Part shown: one piece after another, positions 9,077-19,277 of the stretch | Numbering within the stretch: the first letter of the stretch is position 1 | Layout: every line of letters starts with the position of its first letter | NCBI GenBank assembly: GCA_016212855.1 | Contig: JACRDP010000020.1 | Span: 3,920-67,919, forward strand | Direction of reading: 5' to 3' | Source of the DNA: Elusimicrobiota bacterium | Lineage (GTDB): Bacteria; Elusimicrobiota; Elusimicrobia; UBA1565; UBA9628 | DNA: 64,000 bases | Made by a program: the position numbers and the translations under genes | Notes under the pieces: generated by a model | What the model was told of the DNA's origin: nothing | The model's database searches: none | What the model saw: only the letters and a program-made list of their open reading frames with translations

Positions 9077-10714
9077 CTACATCTGCTCGGGCGCGGAAAC
9101 GCCCAGCAGGCCCAGGCCTTCGCGGATGGCGTCGCGCACGCCGGCGATGAGCAGCAGTCGAGCTCGGCCCTGTTCGGGATCCTCGGCGGAGACGACGGGG
9201 CACTTCTCGTAGAACGGGTGGAACAGGCCGGCCAGCTCCATCAGGTAGTTCGCGAGCGGGTGCGGCGAGAGCAGGCGCTCGCAGTCGAGCAGGACCTCGG
9301 GGAACCAGGCCAGCTTGTCGAGCAGAACGCGCTCCTCCGGGGAGGTCAGCCAGCGCGCGTTGGGCATGGGCAGTTCCGCGCCCGCGGGGTGCAGCCCCGC
9401 TTCGGCGGCCTTGCGGAAGATCGAGACGATGCGCGCGTGCACGTACTGGACGTAGAACACGGGATTCTCGCTCGACTGCTTCTTGGCGAGCTCAAGATCG
9501 AAGTTCAGGTGGCTGTCGGGGGTGCGCAGGGCGAAGAAGAAGCGGCAGGCGTCCTTGCCCGCCTCGTCGATGAGCTCCCGCAGCGGGATGAAGGTGCCGG
9601 CGCGCTTGCTCATCTTCACGGCTTCCTGGCCCCGGAACAAATGGATGAGCTGATGCACGATCGCGTGATAGCTGTCCGCGGGCTTGCCCAGCGCGGCGAT
9701 CGCGGCCTTCATGCGCGGGACGTAGCCGTGGTGGTCGGCGCCGAAGATGTCGATGACGCGGTCGAAGCCGCGGTCGTATTTGTCCTTGTGATAGGCGATG
9801 TCGGGAAGAAAGTAGGTGGGCTTGCCGGTGTTCTTGACGAGCACGCGGTCCTTGTCGTCGGTGGAGCCTTCGGCGTTCATGGTGCCGAGCCAGACGGCGC
9901 CGTCCTTCTCGAAGACCATGCCGCGGCCCTTGAGGAACTCGAGCGTCGCGGGCACGGCGCCGGAGGAGAACAGCTCGCTTTCCAGGTACCAGCGGTCGAA
10001 GGACACGTCGAACGCCTTCATGTCGTCGCGATGAGAGGCGAGCAGGGTGTCCATCGCGTACTGCCCCCAGCGTTTCGCGTCCCAACCCGATTTCTCGGCA
10101 GGGGCGGCGGCGGCCAATTCGACGAGATATTCGCCTTGGTAGCCCTTCTCCGGCACGGGTGTCCCTTTGAAGCGGGCCATGATCGACTCGCCGAGTAACA
10201 CCGCGCGATCGCCGCCATCGTTGACGTAGTATTCGGCCTTGGCCTCGCGTCCGAGCCGTTTCATAATCCGGATTAAGCTGTCGCCGAGCGTGGCGCCGCG
10301 GCCGGAGGCCATGTGGAGCGGGCCCGTAGGATTGGCGGACACGAATTCGATCAGCACCTTCGTCTTCGGTCCGCCCTCGTCTTCTCCATACGTTTTCGGC
10401 GCCAAAGTGATCGCCTTTAAATTGGCGCACAACGACGAATTCCTCAACACGATGTTCACGAAGCCGGGCGGGGCGGCGGCGGCGCTCTCAACCTCCGCCA
10501 CGTTCGAGAGATGCTCGGCCAAAGACTTGGCAAGCTCGATCGGATTTTTCTTCGCCGCCTTCGCGGCGGCCAACGGCCAGGGCAAGGAGAGGTCCGCCTT
10601 CACGTGCGCCGGCGGCGCGTTGACGGCAAGGTTGTCCGGCAGCGAGACGCCGGCCGTCGTCGCCCATTTGCGCGCCTCGTACGCGAGCTTCTTGCGAAGC
10701 GCCGCGACGATCAC
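9077..10714 (-). CDS. argS: Arginine--tRNA ligase
   Basis: IEFVSANPTGPLH, GADHHGY, KMSKRAG, NPVFYVQYVHAR. Confidence 0.97.
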   Translation of the reverse strand: MIVAALRKKLAYEARKWATTAGVSLPDNLAVNAPPAHVKADLSLPWPLAAAKAAKKNPIELAKSLAEHLSNVAEVESAAAAPPGFVNIVLRNSSLCANLKAITLAPKTYGEDEGGPKTKVLIEFVSANPTGPLHMASGRGATLGDSLIRIMKRLGREAKAEYYVNDGGDRAVLLGESIMARFKGTPVPEKGYQGEYLVELAAAAPAEKSGWDAKRWGQYAMDTLLASHRDDMKAFDVSFDRWYLESELFSSGAVPATLEFLKGRGMVFEKDGAVWLGTMNAEGSTDDKDRVLVKNTGKPTYFLPDIAYHKDKYDRGFDRVIDIFGADHHGYVPRMKAAIAALGKPADSYHAIVHQLIHLFRGQEAVKMSKRAGTFIPLRELIDEAGKDACRFFFALRTPDSHLNFDLELAKKQSSENPVFYVQYVHARIVSIFRKAAEAGLHPAGAELPMPNARWLTSPEERVLLDKLAWFPEVLLDCERLLSPHPLANYLMELAGLFHPFYEKCPVVSAEDPEQGRARLLLIAGVRDAIREGLGLLGVSAPEQM

Positions 10715-11799
10715 GCGCCGGTACCCGGGTTCGTCGCGTCGTTGGCGGCGAGGCGCCGCAAGGTGTCGCCGTCGTGCGCGGCGCCCAGGGCCTCGTTGAA
10801 GTCGAGCAGCTTCTGCTTATACAGGAAGGACAGGTACTGGTCCATCGTGATCATGCCGAACTTGGCGCCGGCCTCGATCGCGCCGTAGATCTGGTGGCTC
10901 TTGCCCTCGCGGATGAGGTTCGAGATTCCTGTCGTGATTCGCATGAACTCGCGTGCGCAGACCTGGCCGCCTCCGCCCAGGCGCGGCAGCAGCTGCTGAC
11001 AGACGACGGCCTGGAGCACGGTCGAGAGCTGCACGCGCACCTGCTGCTGCTGGGACGTGGGGAACACGTCGATCATGCGGTCCACGGTCGTCGCGGCGTC
11101 CTGCGTGTGGAGCGTCGCGAAGCAGAGGTGGCCGGTCTCGGCGGCGGAGATGGCGAGCTGGATCGTTTCCAGGTCGCGGAGCTCGCCGACTAAAATCACA
11201 TCCGGGTCCTGGCGCATCGAGTGGCGCAGGGCTTCTGAAAAAGATTTTGTGGTTGAGCCGACTTCGCGCTGGAGGATCACGGACTGTTTGTCCTCGTAGA
11301 CGAATTCGATAGGATCCTCGATGGTCAGGATCTTCTTCGGGTACTTCTTGTTGATCTCCTCGATGAGGCAGGCCAAGGTCGTGGACTTGCCCGAGCCCGT
11401 CGGGCCGGTGACGAGCACGAGGCCGCGGGGCAGGTCGATGAGGTTGGTGATCGAGGGCATCAGGCCGATCTCGGTCGGCGTCGGGATCTTGGCCGAGATG
11501 ACGCGGAACACGGCGCCGGCGCCGTTCTTTTGGCGGAAGGCGTTGAGGCGGAAGCGCGAGACGCCGGGCAGGGCGACCGAGCCGTCGAGCTCCCAATTCT
11601 CCTCGAACTTCGCGCGCTGGGCCTCGGCGAGCACCGAGTACAGCATGCGTTCGCACTCCTGGGCCGTGAGCGCCGGCAGGCCCGTGATCGGCTCGATGAC
11701 GCCCTGGCGGCGGACCATCGGCGGCTTGCCGATCACGAGGTGAAGGTCGCTGGCGCCCATGCGCGCCGTTTGCGTCAGAACTTCGATCAGCTCCGCCAT
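10711..11799 (-). CDS. pilT: Type IV pilus retraction ATPase, paralogue 2
   Basis: ASDLHL, GPTGSGKSTT, TIEDPIE, RQDPDVILVGE, TLHT, ISNLIREGK; start at ATG 11799. Confidence 0.92.
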   Translation of the reverse strand: MAELIEVLTQTARMGASDLHLVIGKPPMVRRQGVIEPITGLPALTAQECERMLYSVLAEAQRAKFEENWELDGSVALPGVSRFRLNAFRQKNGAGAVFRVISAKIPTPTEIGLMPSITNLIDLPRGLVLVTGPTGSGKSTTLACLIEEINKKYPKKILTIEDPIEFVYEDKQSVILQREVGSTTKSFSEALRHSMRQDPDVILVGELRDLETIQLAISAAETGHLCFATLHTQDAATTVDRMIDVFPTSQQQQVRVQLSTVLQAVVCQQLLPRLGGGGQVCAREFMRITTGISNLIREGKSHQIYGAIEAGAKFGMITMDQYLSFLYKQKLLDFNEALGAAHDGDTLRRLAANDATNPGTGA

Positions 11800-12137
11800 G
11801 CAAGCTCCTTGGCGCCGTCGTGCAGGCGCTCGAGCGCGTACAGCTCGCGCGCCTCCGCGTCCATCAAATGGACGATGAGGCCGCCGAAATCGAGAACGCG
11901 CCACAGATCGCTTTGCGGGCGGTTGCGCCGATGCACGCGCAGGCCCGTCTTTTCGAGGGCTTCCGACAGCTTGTCCTCGAGCGACTCAAGGTGGGGCCGG
12001 GAGAGCGCGGTCGCGATGATCATGTAGTCGGACAGGGGGCTCGTCTTGCGCACGTCGAGGACGACGATGTCCTCGGCTTTGTGCTCGTTGATGGCGCGAG
12101 CCGCGGTGATGGTGACCGTCTTAAAAGCCTTGGGCAT
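11787..12137 (-). CDS. rsfS: Ribosome silencing factor
   Basis: KAEDIVVLDV, DYMIIATA, WRVLDFGGLIVH, RELYALERL. Confidence 0.92.
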   Translation of the reverse strand: MPKAFKTVTITAARAINEHKAEDIVVLDVRKTSPLSDYMIIATALSRPHLESLEDKLSEALEKTGLRVHRRNRPQSDLWRVLDFGGLIVHLMDAEARELYALERLHDGAKELAWRS

Positions 12138-13023
12138 TGGTCCTCGTTTGGAGACGGCGGCGGAGCGCCTCGTCGGCGCGGAAATCGAGATTCTCGAGAG
12201 CGGAGGTCAGCAGGCGCGAGACCGCCGTCAACGTGCGGGCGGCTTCGGCGCGACGGCTTTCGTCCAGCGCGGCGGCGGCGCGGAAGCTCAGCGAGGCGAG
12301 CAGCTTCTTGGGAGCGCGCAGCACGAGGGTCAAAGTCCGGTCGTCCGTCCAGCTCTGCTCGGCGGCGGTCTTCGCGGGCAGCGCGCCGGCCTCGGGGCCG
12401 AACGTCTCCTTGCCGGCCGCGCCGGCCAAGTCCATCTCCTCGTTGTAGGGATTGTAGGCGTAGGCGCAGGCCGACCATTCCCCGTCGAGGTGGGGCACGA
12501 CGCGCTCCAAAGCGCGGGCGAGCAGCGAGGCGGGCGTCGTCGCCGGCTCGATGAGCAGGCTCGACAGGTCGTAGATCAACGTGAGCTCGGTCGACGTGCG
12601 CCGAAGGCGGCCGGACTGGATCGCGACGAGCGAGGCGAAGAACTCCATCGCGAGCGCGGCGTCGGCGGCGAGCCAGCTCTTGAGGTCGTCGCGCTTGAGG
12701 CGCAGCAGCTCCGCTTGGCCCGACGCGTACGCTCCGGCCGACCGCGCGACCGCGTCGAGCAGGGCCATCTCACCCAGGCATTCGCCCGGTCCGAGCGAGG
12801 CCAGGTCCTTGCGGCCGCCGTCGGCCAGGTTCTTGGTCACGCGCACGCGGCCGGAGGCCGTGAAGTACAGGCCGTCTCCGATCGAGCCTTCGGGAAAGAT
12901 TTCGGCGCCGTCGGCGAAGGACAGCGGTTCGAGGTAGGCGGCGAGCGCCGTCAACCGCTCCTCGGGAAAACGGACGAACAGGGGCAACGTCCGCAGCAGG
13001 GCGACGCGGTCGGGGGCGGCCAT
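12121..13023 (-). CDS. Cyclic nucleotide-binding domain protein with GAF-like C-terminal region
   Basis: LRTLPLF, IFPEGSIGDGLYF, GPGECLGEMALLDAVARSA (phosphate-binding cassette Glu and Arg present); no HTH seen. Confidence 0.8.
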   Translation of the reverse strand: MAAPDRVALLRTLPLFVRFPEERLTALAAYLEPLSFADGAEIFPEGSIGDGLYFTASGRVRVTKNLADGGRKDLASLGPGECLGEMALLDAVARSAGAYASGQAELLRLKRDDLKSWLAADAALAMEFFASLVAIQSGRLRRTSTELTLIYDLSSLLIEPATTPASLLARALERVVPHLDGEWSACAYAYNPYNEEMDLAGAAGKETFGPEAGALPAKTAAEQSWTDDRTLTLVLRAPKKLLASLSFRAAAALDESRRAEAARTLTAVSRLLTSALENLDFRADEALRRRLQTRTNAQGF

Positions 13024-14109
<1,086 letters not shown>

Positions 14110-14117
14110 GATTTCTC

Positions 14118-15080
14118 CTAATAACTGCAGTCGTCGCCGAGCTCGACGCTGGCATCCACGCCCCGCAGGGGGTCGATGCGAGTCGTCGCGATCGCCGTCG
14201 GACAGCCCAGCGCCGCGCGCACGCGCGCGGCGCGTTCGAAATCGCCGATACGGTCGTACACGACCGTCCGGAGGCGCGAACGGGGGGACGGCCCCTTCGA
14301 GATCACGTCCACGCCTCGCGATACTAGAACTTTCGACGCCTGGGCCGCCAGGCCCTGCATATCCGTGCCGTTGAGCACTTCGACGACGACCGGGCGCTCG
14401 TCGGCTATCAAGGCGGCGGGGCGCGGGGACAGCGCCCGCGCCAGGAAGGCGGGCGCGGACGCGTCGTCGGGCAGGAGGGCCGGCTCCAGGCGCTCGAGCG
14501 TCACGCGGCGAAGCTCCAAAGTCAGGAGCAGGGCGTCGGCGGTCGCGCGGCCGCGCGGCGCGGCGCGGACGAGCGCGGCGAGCGCGCGCAGGGAGCGGCC
14601 GCGGCCTTTCAGCGCGGCGGCCGCGGCCGCCGCGGGTTCATCGTCCGCCTCCTCTCCGGCGGCGAGCTCCAAAGTCAGCCGGCCGGCGGCGGGCCAATCG
14701 ACCGGCTCGAGGGACAGGGAGGTGATCTTGGCCTGCGCGAGATCCTCGACGGCCCGCGCGGCGGAGCTCTCGTCGTCCGTGGCGCGCAGGGCGTCCGTGT
14801 AGGCCCGCGCGGCGGTGAGTTTGCCCTGCAGCCTGGTCGTCTCGGGGATATGGATCAGGACGAGAGAGCGGCGGACCGGGTCATAGACCCCGAAGTGCAG
14901 GGCGGGGGGCGCGGCGCGGCCGGGCTCGCGCACGGCGAGCCAGAACGGCCAGGGGCGGCCGGCGCGGATGTGGGCCGACAGCGGCGAGGTTCGCTCGACG
15001 TAGGCCGCGCCGAGAGAGGCGACTAATAAAAAAACGGCGAGAACGCGCTGGGCGTTCAGAGCGGCGCGAGGGAATTCCAT
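14118..15080 (-). CDS. Membrane-anchored protein with degenerate LCP region and LytR C-terminal domain
   Basis: N-terminal TM; LIHIPETT; VEVLNGTDMQGLA...VELGDD; usual position between yqeK and rsfS. Confidence 0.75.
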   Translation of the reverse strand: MEFPRAALNAQRVLAVFLLVASLGAAYVERTSPLSAHIRAGRPWPFWLAVREPGRAAPPALHFGVYDPVRRSLVLIHIPETTRLQGKLTAARAYTDALRATDDESSAARAVEDLAQAKITSLSLEPVDWPAAGRLTLELAAGEEADDEPAAAAAAALKGRGRSLRALAALVRAAPRGRATADALLLTLELRRVTLERLEPALLPDDASAPAFLARALSPRPAALIADERPVVVEVLNGTDMQGLAAQASKVLVSRGVDVISKGPSPRSRLRTVVYDRIGDFERAARVRAALGCPTAIATTRIDPLRGVDASVELGDDCSY

Positions 15081-16186
15081 AGGTGTACGGTTAGGGGGTG
15101 GAGCCAAGCGTGACGAGATGTCGTGTAAATTAATTTTTCGGCGACGCTGCTTCTTAAAGCCGCATCGAGGTCGTTGTAGGCGAGGGCTCGGATTTTGGAG
15201 GCGTTTGGGTGGGTGCGGTCGATTGATGTCGCGTCAGCGACATATAGGATTTTGTCGAGAAGATTCATTCGCTTGTCACCAAGGGTATGGCGGCGTATCG
15301 CGGACAATACTTCTTTGTCGGCTATGCCGAACTCAGTGCGCGCCAGGTATTCGGAGGCATAAGCGTGTATGAGCATGGGGTCCAACGCGATGATCTCCGA
15401 AAGATTCGGCACCTTCAAACGCCGGACGCGCGCGAAGCGCGCGAGCTGAGGTGGAGTAAAACGCCGGCCCGCATCGTGAAGCAGGCCCGCGAGACGGGCT
15501 TTGTCGGGGTTGGCCCCCCAGCGGCGCGCCAAGGACTCGGCCAGGGAGGCCACATTCAAAGTATGCTCGTAGCGCGACGGTTTCAGGGAGCTTTTTAACC
15601 GGGTGACCAATCCGTTGCCGTACAAATTCCGTGTTTTGATGTACGCCAAAATCTTCGGTGACAGCTCCCGGGAACAATCATGGTCCAGCGCCAGATCCGA
15701 GCGGATCTCCGTCGAGGAAATGTCAGGGAACGCCCCCGGAATTTTCTTGAAATGGCCCGGAACTTTGCCCTTCGCGCCGGGGCGGGCCCCGTACCACCAC
15801 GTGGCCTGGGACTCTAAGCGGGACGGATTTTTCCAGCGGCCGAATGATTCGGCGGAGTCTTGTCCGCACACGAAATGGAGGTCCCCTTTGAGCGCGCTGA
15901 GCGTCTCATGGGTAAAGACCGGGCGGCGCGCGCGCGCTTCGCGCGTGTTAACAATGGAAATTACCTTTATTTTTAACGGCAACGTATCAAGAATCCCAAT
16001 CCGGACCATTATCAGACGGTCTTTGGAGGGTGCGTGCGGGGAGCCCTTAAGGGGGGACTGGTGATTCGGGACGATAATAATCTTGTCGGGCCGAATTTTT
16101 TTTACCGCGGCCCTTAGCAACGCCTCGTGGCCGCGGTGGGGCGGGTCGAACGATCCGCCATAGACCAAGACCTTGTTTCCCTTCAC
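15056..16186 (-). CDS. nadD: NadD nicotinate-nucleotide adenylyltransferase fused to YqeK HD-domain Ap4A hydrolase
   Basis: GGSFDPPHRGH, ISSTEIR, then RYEHTLNV, AGLLHD, IRRHTLG, LYVAD. Confidence 0.92.
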   Translation of the reverse strand: MKGNKVLVYGGSFDPPHRGHEALLRAAVKKIRPDKIIIVPNHQSPLKGSPHAPSKDRLIMVRIGILDTLPLKIKVISIVNTREARARRPVFTHETLSALKGDLHFVCGQDSAESFGRWKNPSRLESQATWWYGARPGAKGKVPGHFKKIPGAFPDISSTEIRSDLALDHDCSRELSPKILAYIKTRNLYGNGLVTRLKSSLKPSRYEHTLNVASLAESLARRWGANPDKARLAGLLHDAGRRFTPPQLARFARVRRLKVPNLSEIIALDPMLIHAYASEYLARTEFGIADKEVLSAIRRHTLGDKRMNLLDKILYVADATSIDRTHPNASKIRALAYNDLDAALRSSVAEKLIYTTSRHAWLHPLTVHLWNSLAPL

Positions 16187-16192
16187 CCCTTC

Positions 16193-16243
16193 ATTCTACC
16201 GCCCTCGGGGCTCCTTGACAATGAATGCCCTTAAAGAGATGAT
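16193..16243. promoter_or_regulatory. Divergent promoters with overlapping -35 elements (TTGACAA)
   Basis: Minus: TTGTCA(16221-16216)-17-TAGAAT(16198-16193)-6-GTG. Plus: TTGACA(16215-16220)-17-GATGAT-7-ATG. Confidence 0.6.
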
Positions 16244-16250
16244 GATTAAT

Positions 16251-17408
16251 ATGGCTGATGTGCGTCCCTTCCGCGGTGTCCGATATTCCTCGTCTACCCT
16301 TAACTCCGCGCTCTGTCCTCCCTACGACGTTATAGGACCGGAGCTTGCCGCCGCGTTGCGGCGGCGAAAATCCAATGCCGTTTTCCTTGAACTCCCGCAG
16401 GGTGAGCCGCCCGAGAAATACTCGCGTGCCGCTTCGCTGTGGCGCAAATGGACGGTGGACGGAACATTGTCGCGCGACTCCAAGCCCGCGTTCTACGCAA
16501 TCGAAGAACGCTATAAGCTGAACGGAAAAAAATATACACGGCGTGGAATCCTGAGCGCCCTCGGCGCGACTCCACGTGCCGCCAAATCCATCATCCCGCA
16601 CGAACGCACCTTGGCCAAACCCAAGGTCGACCGGCTGAAAATGTTGGATGCCGTCGGCGTCAATATATCCCCAATCTTTGGTGTCTTCGCCGATCCTTCC
16701 GGCGCCGCTCGACGCGCGATTGCCGCGGGCATGAAAGGACGTCCCGACGCGACCGGCCGCTCGCACGCCGGCGTCGACTATCGCGTCTGGGTCGTCGATG
16801 AACCGAAGAATGTCTCCGCGATCCGCAAGTCGCTGGCGCCGCGGTCCATCTTGATCGCCGACGGACATCATCGCTACTCCGTGAGCCGCGATCATCACGC
16901 GAAAACGAAGGGCGCGGGCACCGATGCGGTGCTCACCTATCTCGTCCCCGACGAGGACAAGGGCCTCGTCGTCCTGCCCACGCACCGCATCGCGAAGGTG
17001 AGCCTGCTCGGGCGCGCGCGGGCCCTGGCTCCGCTCCAGAAGCTCGCGACGCTCGCCGCGCTCGAGTCGCGCGTGGCCAAGTCCCGTAACCCCTACGCGT
17101 TCGGCCTCATCGAGAAGGGCTTCTACTTCGGCGAGCCCAAGCCGCGCGGCTGCCGCAGCGGCTTGGCCGTGGAATGGCTCGGCTCGCAGCTGCTCGCGGG
17201 CGTGGCGCCCGACCAGATGAGCTACACGCCCGACGCCCGGATCGCGGCCAAGAAGTCGGCGGGCGGCGCCGCGGCCCTCGTGAAGCCCTTCAGCGTGGCT
17301 CAGGTACGTCGCGCGGCCAAGGCCGTCGGCCTTCTGCCGCAGAAGTCCACCTACTTCTTTCCTAAGATCGCCACCGGCCTCGCCTTCCGCCCGCTGGACG
17401 CCGAATGA
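16251..17408 (+). CDS. DUF1015 family protein
   Basis: VRPFRG, PPYDVI, PHERT, IADGHHRY, LPTHR, PQKSTYFFPK. Confidence 0.9.
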   Translation: MADVRPFRGVRYSSSTLNSALCPPYDVIGPELAAALRRRKSNAVFLELPQGEPPEKYSRAASLWRKWTVDGTLSRDSKPAFYAIEERYKLNGKKYTRRGILSALGATPRAAKSIIPHERTLAKPKVDRLKMLDAVGVNISPIFGVFADPSGAARRAIAAGMKGRPDATGRSHAGVDYRVWVVDEPKNVSAIRKSLAPRSILIADGHHRYSVSRDHHAKTKGAGTDAVLTYLVPDEDKGLVVLPTHRIAKVSLLGRARALAPLQKLATLAALESRVAKSRNPYAFGLIEKGFYFGEPKPRGCRSGLAVEWLGSQLLAGVAPDQMSYTPDARIAAKKSAGGAAALVKPFSVAQVRRAAKAVGLLPQKSTYFFPKIATGLAFRPLDAE

Positions 17409-18094
17409 AATTCTCGGTCATCGTCGCGGCGTACAACGAGGGCCCGCAGATCGGCTCCTCGCTCAAGCGCCTGCGTCAGATTTCCCAGACGAGCCCGATG
17501 GAGATTCTCGTCGTCGACGGCGGCTCCGACGACGGCACGGTCGAGGCCGCGCGCGAGTGGGCCGACGAGGTGATCGCGCTCGGCAAGCCCAACCGCGGCG
17601 CGCAGTGGCACGCGGGGGCGGAGAAGGCGACGGGCGACCTGCTCTTCTTCCTGCGCGCCGACGCCCAGCCGCCGGGCAACTGGCAGCAGGCGCTCGAACA
17701 TTTTTGGCTCGCCACGCCGATGGGCGGCCTGGCCGCGACGGCCTTCTCCGTGTCGTACGGCTCCGGCTTCGGCCTCAACGCGCTGTCGATGTGGTCCAAC
17801 GCGCGCGTGCGCTCGGGGCTCGCCTCCTCCGACCACGGTCTGTGCACGACGCCCGAAATCTACAGGGCCGTCGGCGGCTTTCCCTCCTATCCCGTTCTCG
17901 AGGATCTGGAGTTCTCGCGCCGCCTCAACGTGCGCGGACGCATCGCCCTCCTGCCCGAGCGCCTACGTCCCGCCGCCCGCCACGTGCACTCGATCGGCCC
18001 GCTGTCCTACCTCATCCGCCGCGCCTGGCTCGAAACTCGCTACCGCATGGGCGCCAAGCCCGAAGACATCTTCGCCGCCGCGCCGAACCTCTAA
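17405..18094 (+). CDS. Glycosyltransferase family 2 (TIGR04283-like)
   Basis: SVIVAAYNE, VVDGGSDDGT, RGAQWHAGA, GGFP...EDLEF. Confidence 0.85.
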   Translation: MKFSVIVAAYNEGPQIGSSLKRLRQISQTSPMEILVVDGGSDDGTVEAAREWADEVIALGKPNRGAQWHAGAEKATGDLLFFLRADAQPPGNWQQALEHFWLATPMGGLAATAFSVSYGSGFGLNALSMWSNARVRSGLASSDHGLCTTPEIYRAVGGFPSYPVLEDLEFSRRLNVRGRIALLPERLRPAARHVHSIGPLSYLIRRAWLETRYRMGAKPEDIFAAAPNL

Positions 18095-18104
18095 TTACGG
18101 CGTT

Positions 18105-18229
18105 GGTGTCAGGCTTCCCGTTATTGCAGTTCTACTATTGATAATCACTCTCCCCGGGGACAGTGATTATCAATAGCAGGTGACTCTCCCCTGGGGAGAG
18201 TCGAATGTTTCAACAACGGGGTCCGACCC
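18105..18229. repeat. Nested palindromic REP/REPIN-like element between convergent genes
   Basis: 42-bp palindrome 18135-18176 with one C/C mismatch; 21-bp palindrome 18182-18202; outer arms CCCGTT/AACGGG. Confidence 0.75.
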
Positions 18230-19252
18230 TTATTCCGCGAGAAGAACGGGAACGGTCGGGGGCGGGGCGTCCAGCGGCAGGTTGTCGAAGAAGTCCGTGA
18301 TCAGCTTCGCGATCAACTCGCAGTCCATCGTCGAGCAGACGCCCACGCGCATGACCTTGTTGTGAGGAAGGCCCTGGGTGTACCAGACCGTGATGCGGCG
18401 CATGTTGAGGGCGGCTTGGCGGTCGCCGAGCAGGGAGCGTTCGAGCGCGAGGTGTTTCAGCAAAGTCTCCTTTCGTTCCGCGACCGACGGGACGTAAGCT
18501 TCGGCGTTCCCTTCGATTCCCCGATCCAAGTTCTTGTAGATCCAGGGATTGCCCAGGCCGCCGCGGCCGATCATGATCCCGTCGACGCCGGCGACCTCGA
18601 AGAGACGTTTCGCATCCGCGGCGGTGAGCACGTCGCCGTTGCCGATGACGGGAATTTTGACCGCCGCCTTCACGCGGCCGATCGCCTCCCAGTCCGACTT
18701 GCCGGAGTAGCCTTGCGCCTGCGTGCGGCCGTGGATGGTGACGGCGGACAGGCCCGCGGCCTCGGCCCGTTTGGCGAGCTCGACGGCCTCGACGCCCGAC
18801 GGGTCCTTGAAGCCTTTGCGCGTCTTCATCGTGACGGGAATGTGCGACGGCAAGGCGTCGCGCACCGCGCGGAACACCTTTTCCGCGAGGTCGGGGCTCT
18901 TGAGCATCGCCGAGCCCTCGCCGTTGCCCACGACCTTCTTGACCGGACAGCCGAGGTTCATGTCGATGAGGTCGAAGCCGAGCTCGACGAGGATCTGCGC
19001 GGCGTCTGCCATCATCTTGGGGTCGCAGCCAAGCAGCTGCGCGCCGAGCGGCTTGTCTTCCGGCGTCGTGTTCAGCATGCGCCGCGTCTTCGCGTTCTCA
19101 CGCGTCAGCGACTGCGCCGAGACCATTTCCAGATAGCAGAAGCCCAGCCCCTTCTCGCGGCCGATCAGCCGAAACGGCAGGTCGGAGCACGCGGCGAGGG
19201 GGGACTGGATGATTCTCGACGGGAGGCGGAGGGAGCCGATCTGAAGGCTCAT
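18230..19252 (-). CDS. dusB: tRNA-dihydrouridine synthase
   Basis: SDLPFR, DMNLGCPVKKV, TIHGRT, IPVIGNGD, GIMIGRG; start at ATG 19252. Confidence 0.92.
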   Translation of the reverse strand: MSLQIGSLRLPSRIIQSPLAACSDLPFRLIGREKGLGFCYLEMVSAQSLTRENAKTRRMLNTTPEDKPLGAQLLGCDPKMMADAAQILVELGFDLIDMNLGCPVKKVVGNGEGSAMLKSPDLAEKVFRAVRDALPSHIPVTMKTRKGFKDPSGVEAVELAKRAEAAGLSAVTIHGRTQAQGYSGKSDWEAIGRVKAAVKIPVIGNGDVLTAADAKRLFEVAGVDGIMIGRGGLGNPWIYKNLDRGIEGNAEAYVPSVAERKETLLKHLALERSLLGDRQAALNMRRITVWYTQGLPHNKVMRVGVCSTMDCELIAKLITDFFDNLPLDAPPPTVPVLLAE

Positions 19253-19277
19253 CGTGAATATTGTAGCATTCGCCTCT
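19253..19277. promoter_or_regulatory. 25-bp bidirectional promoter with overlapping -10 boxes
   Basis: Minus TG-C-TACAAT (-10 at 19265-19260), 7 nt to ATG; plus TAGCAT (19264-19269), 8 nt to ATG. Confidence 0.65.

Noticed and set aside
18138-18173. Fur-box-like TGATAATCA half sites
   Set aside because: Between convergent 3' ends, and spacing does not fit a 7-1-7 Fur box; better explained by the palindrome
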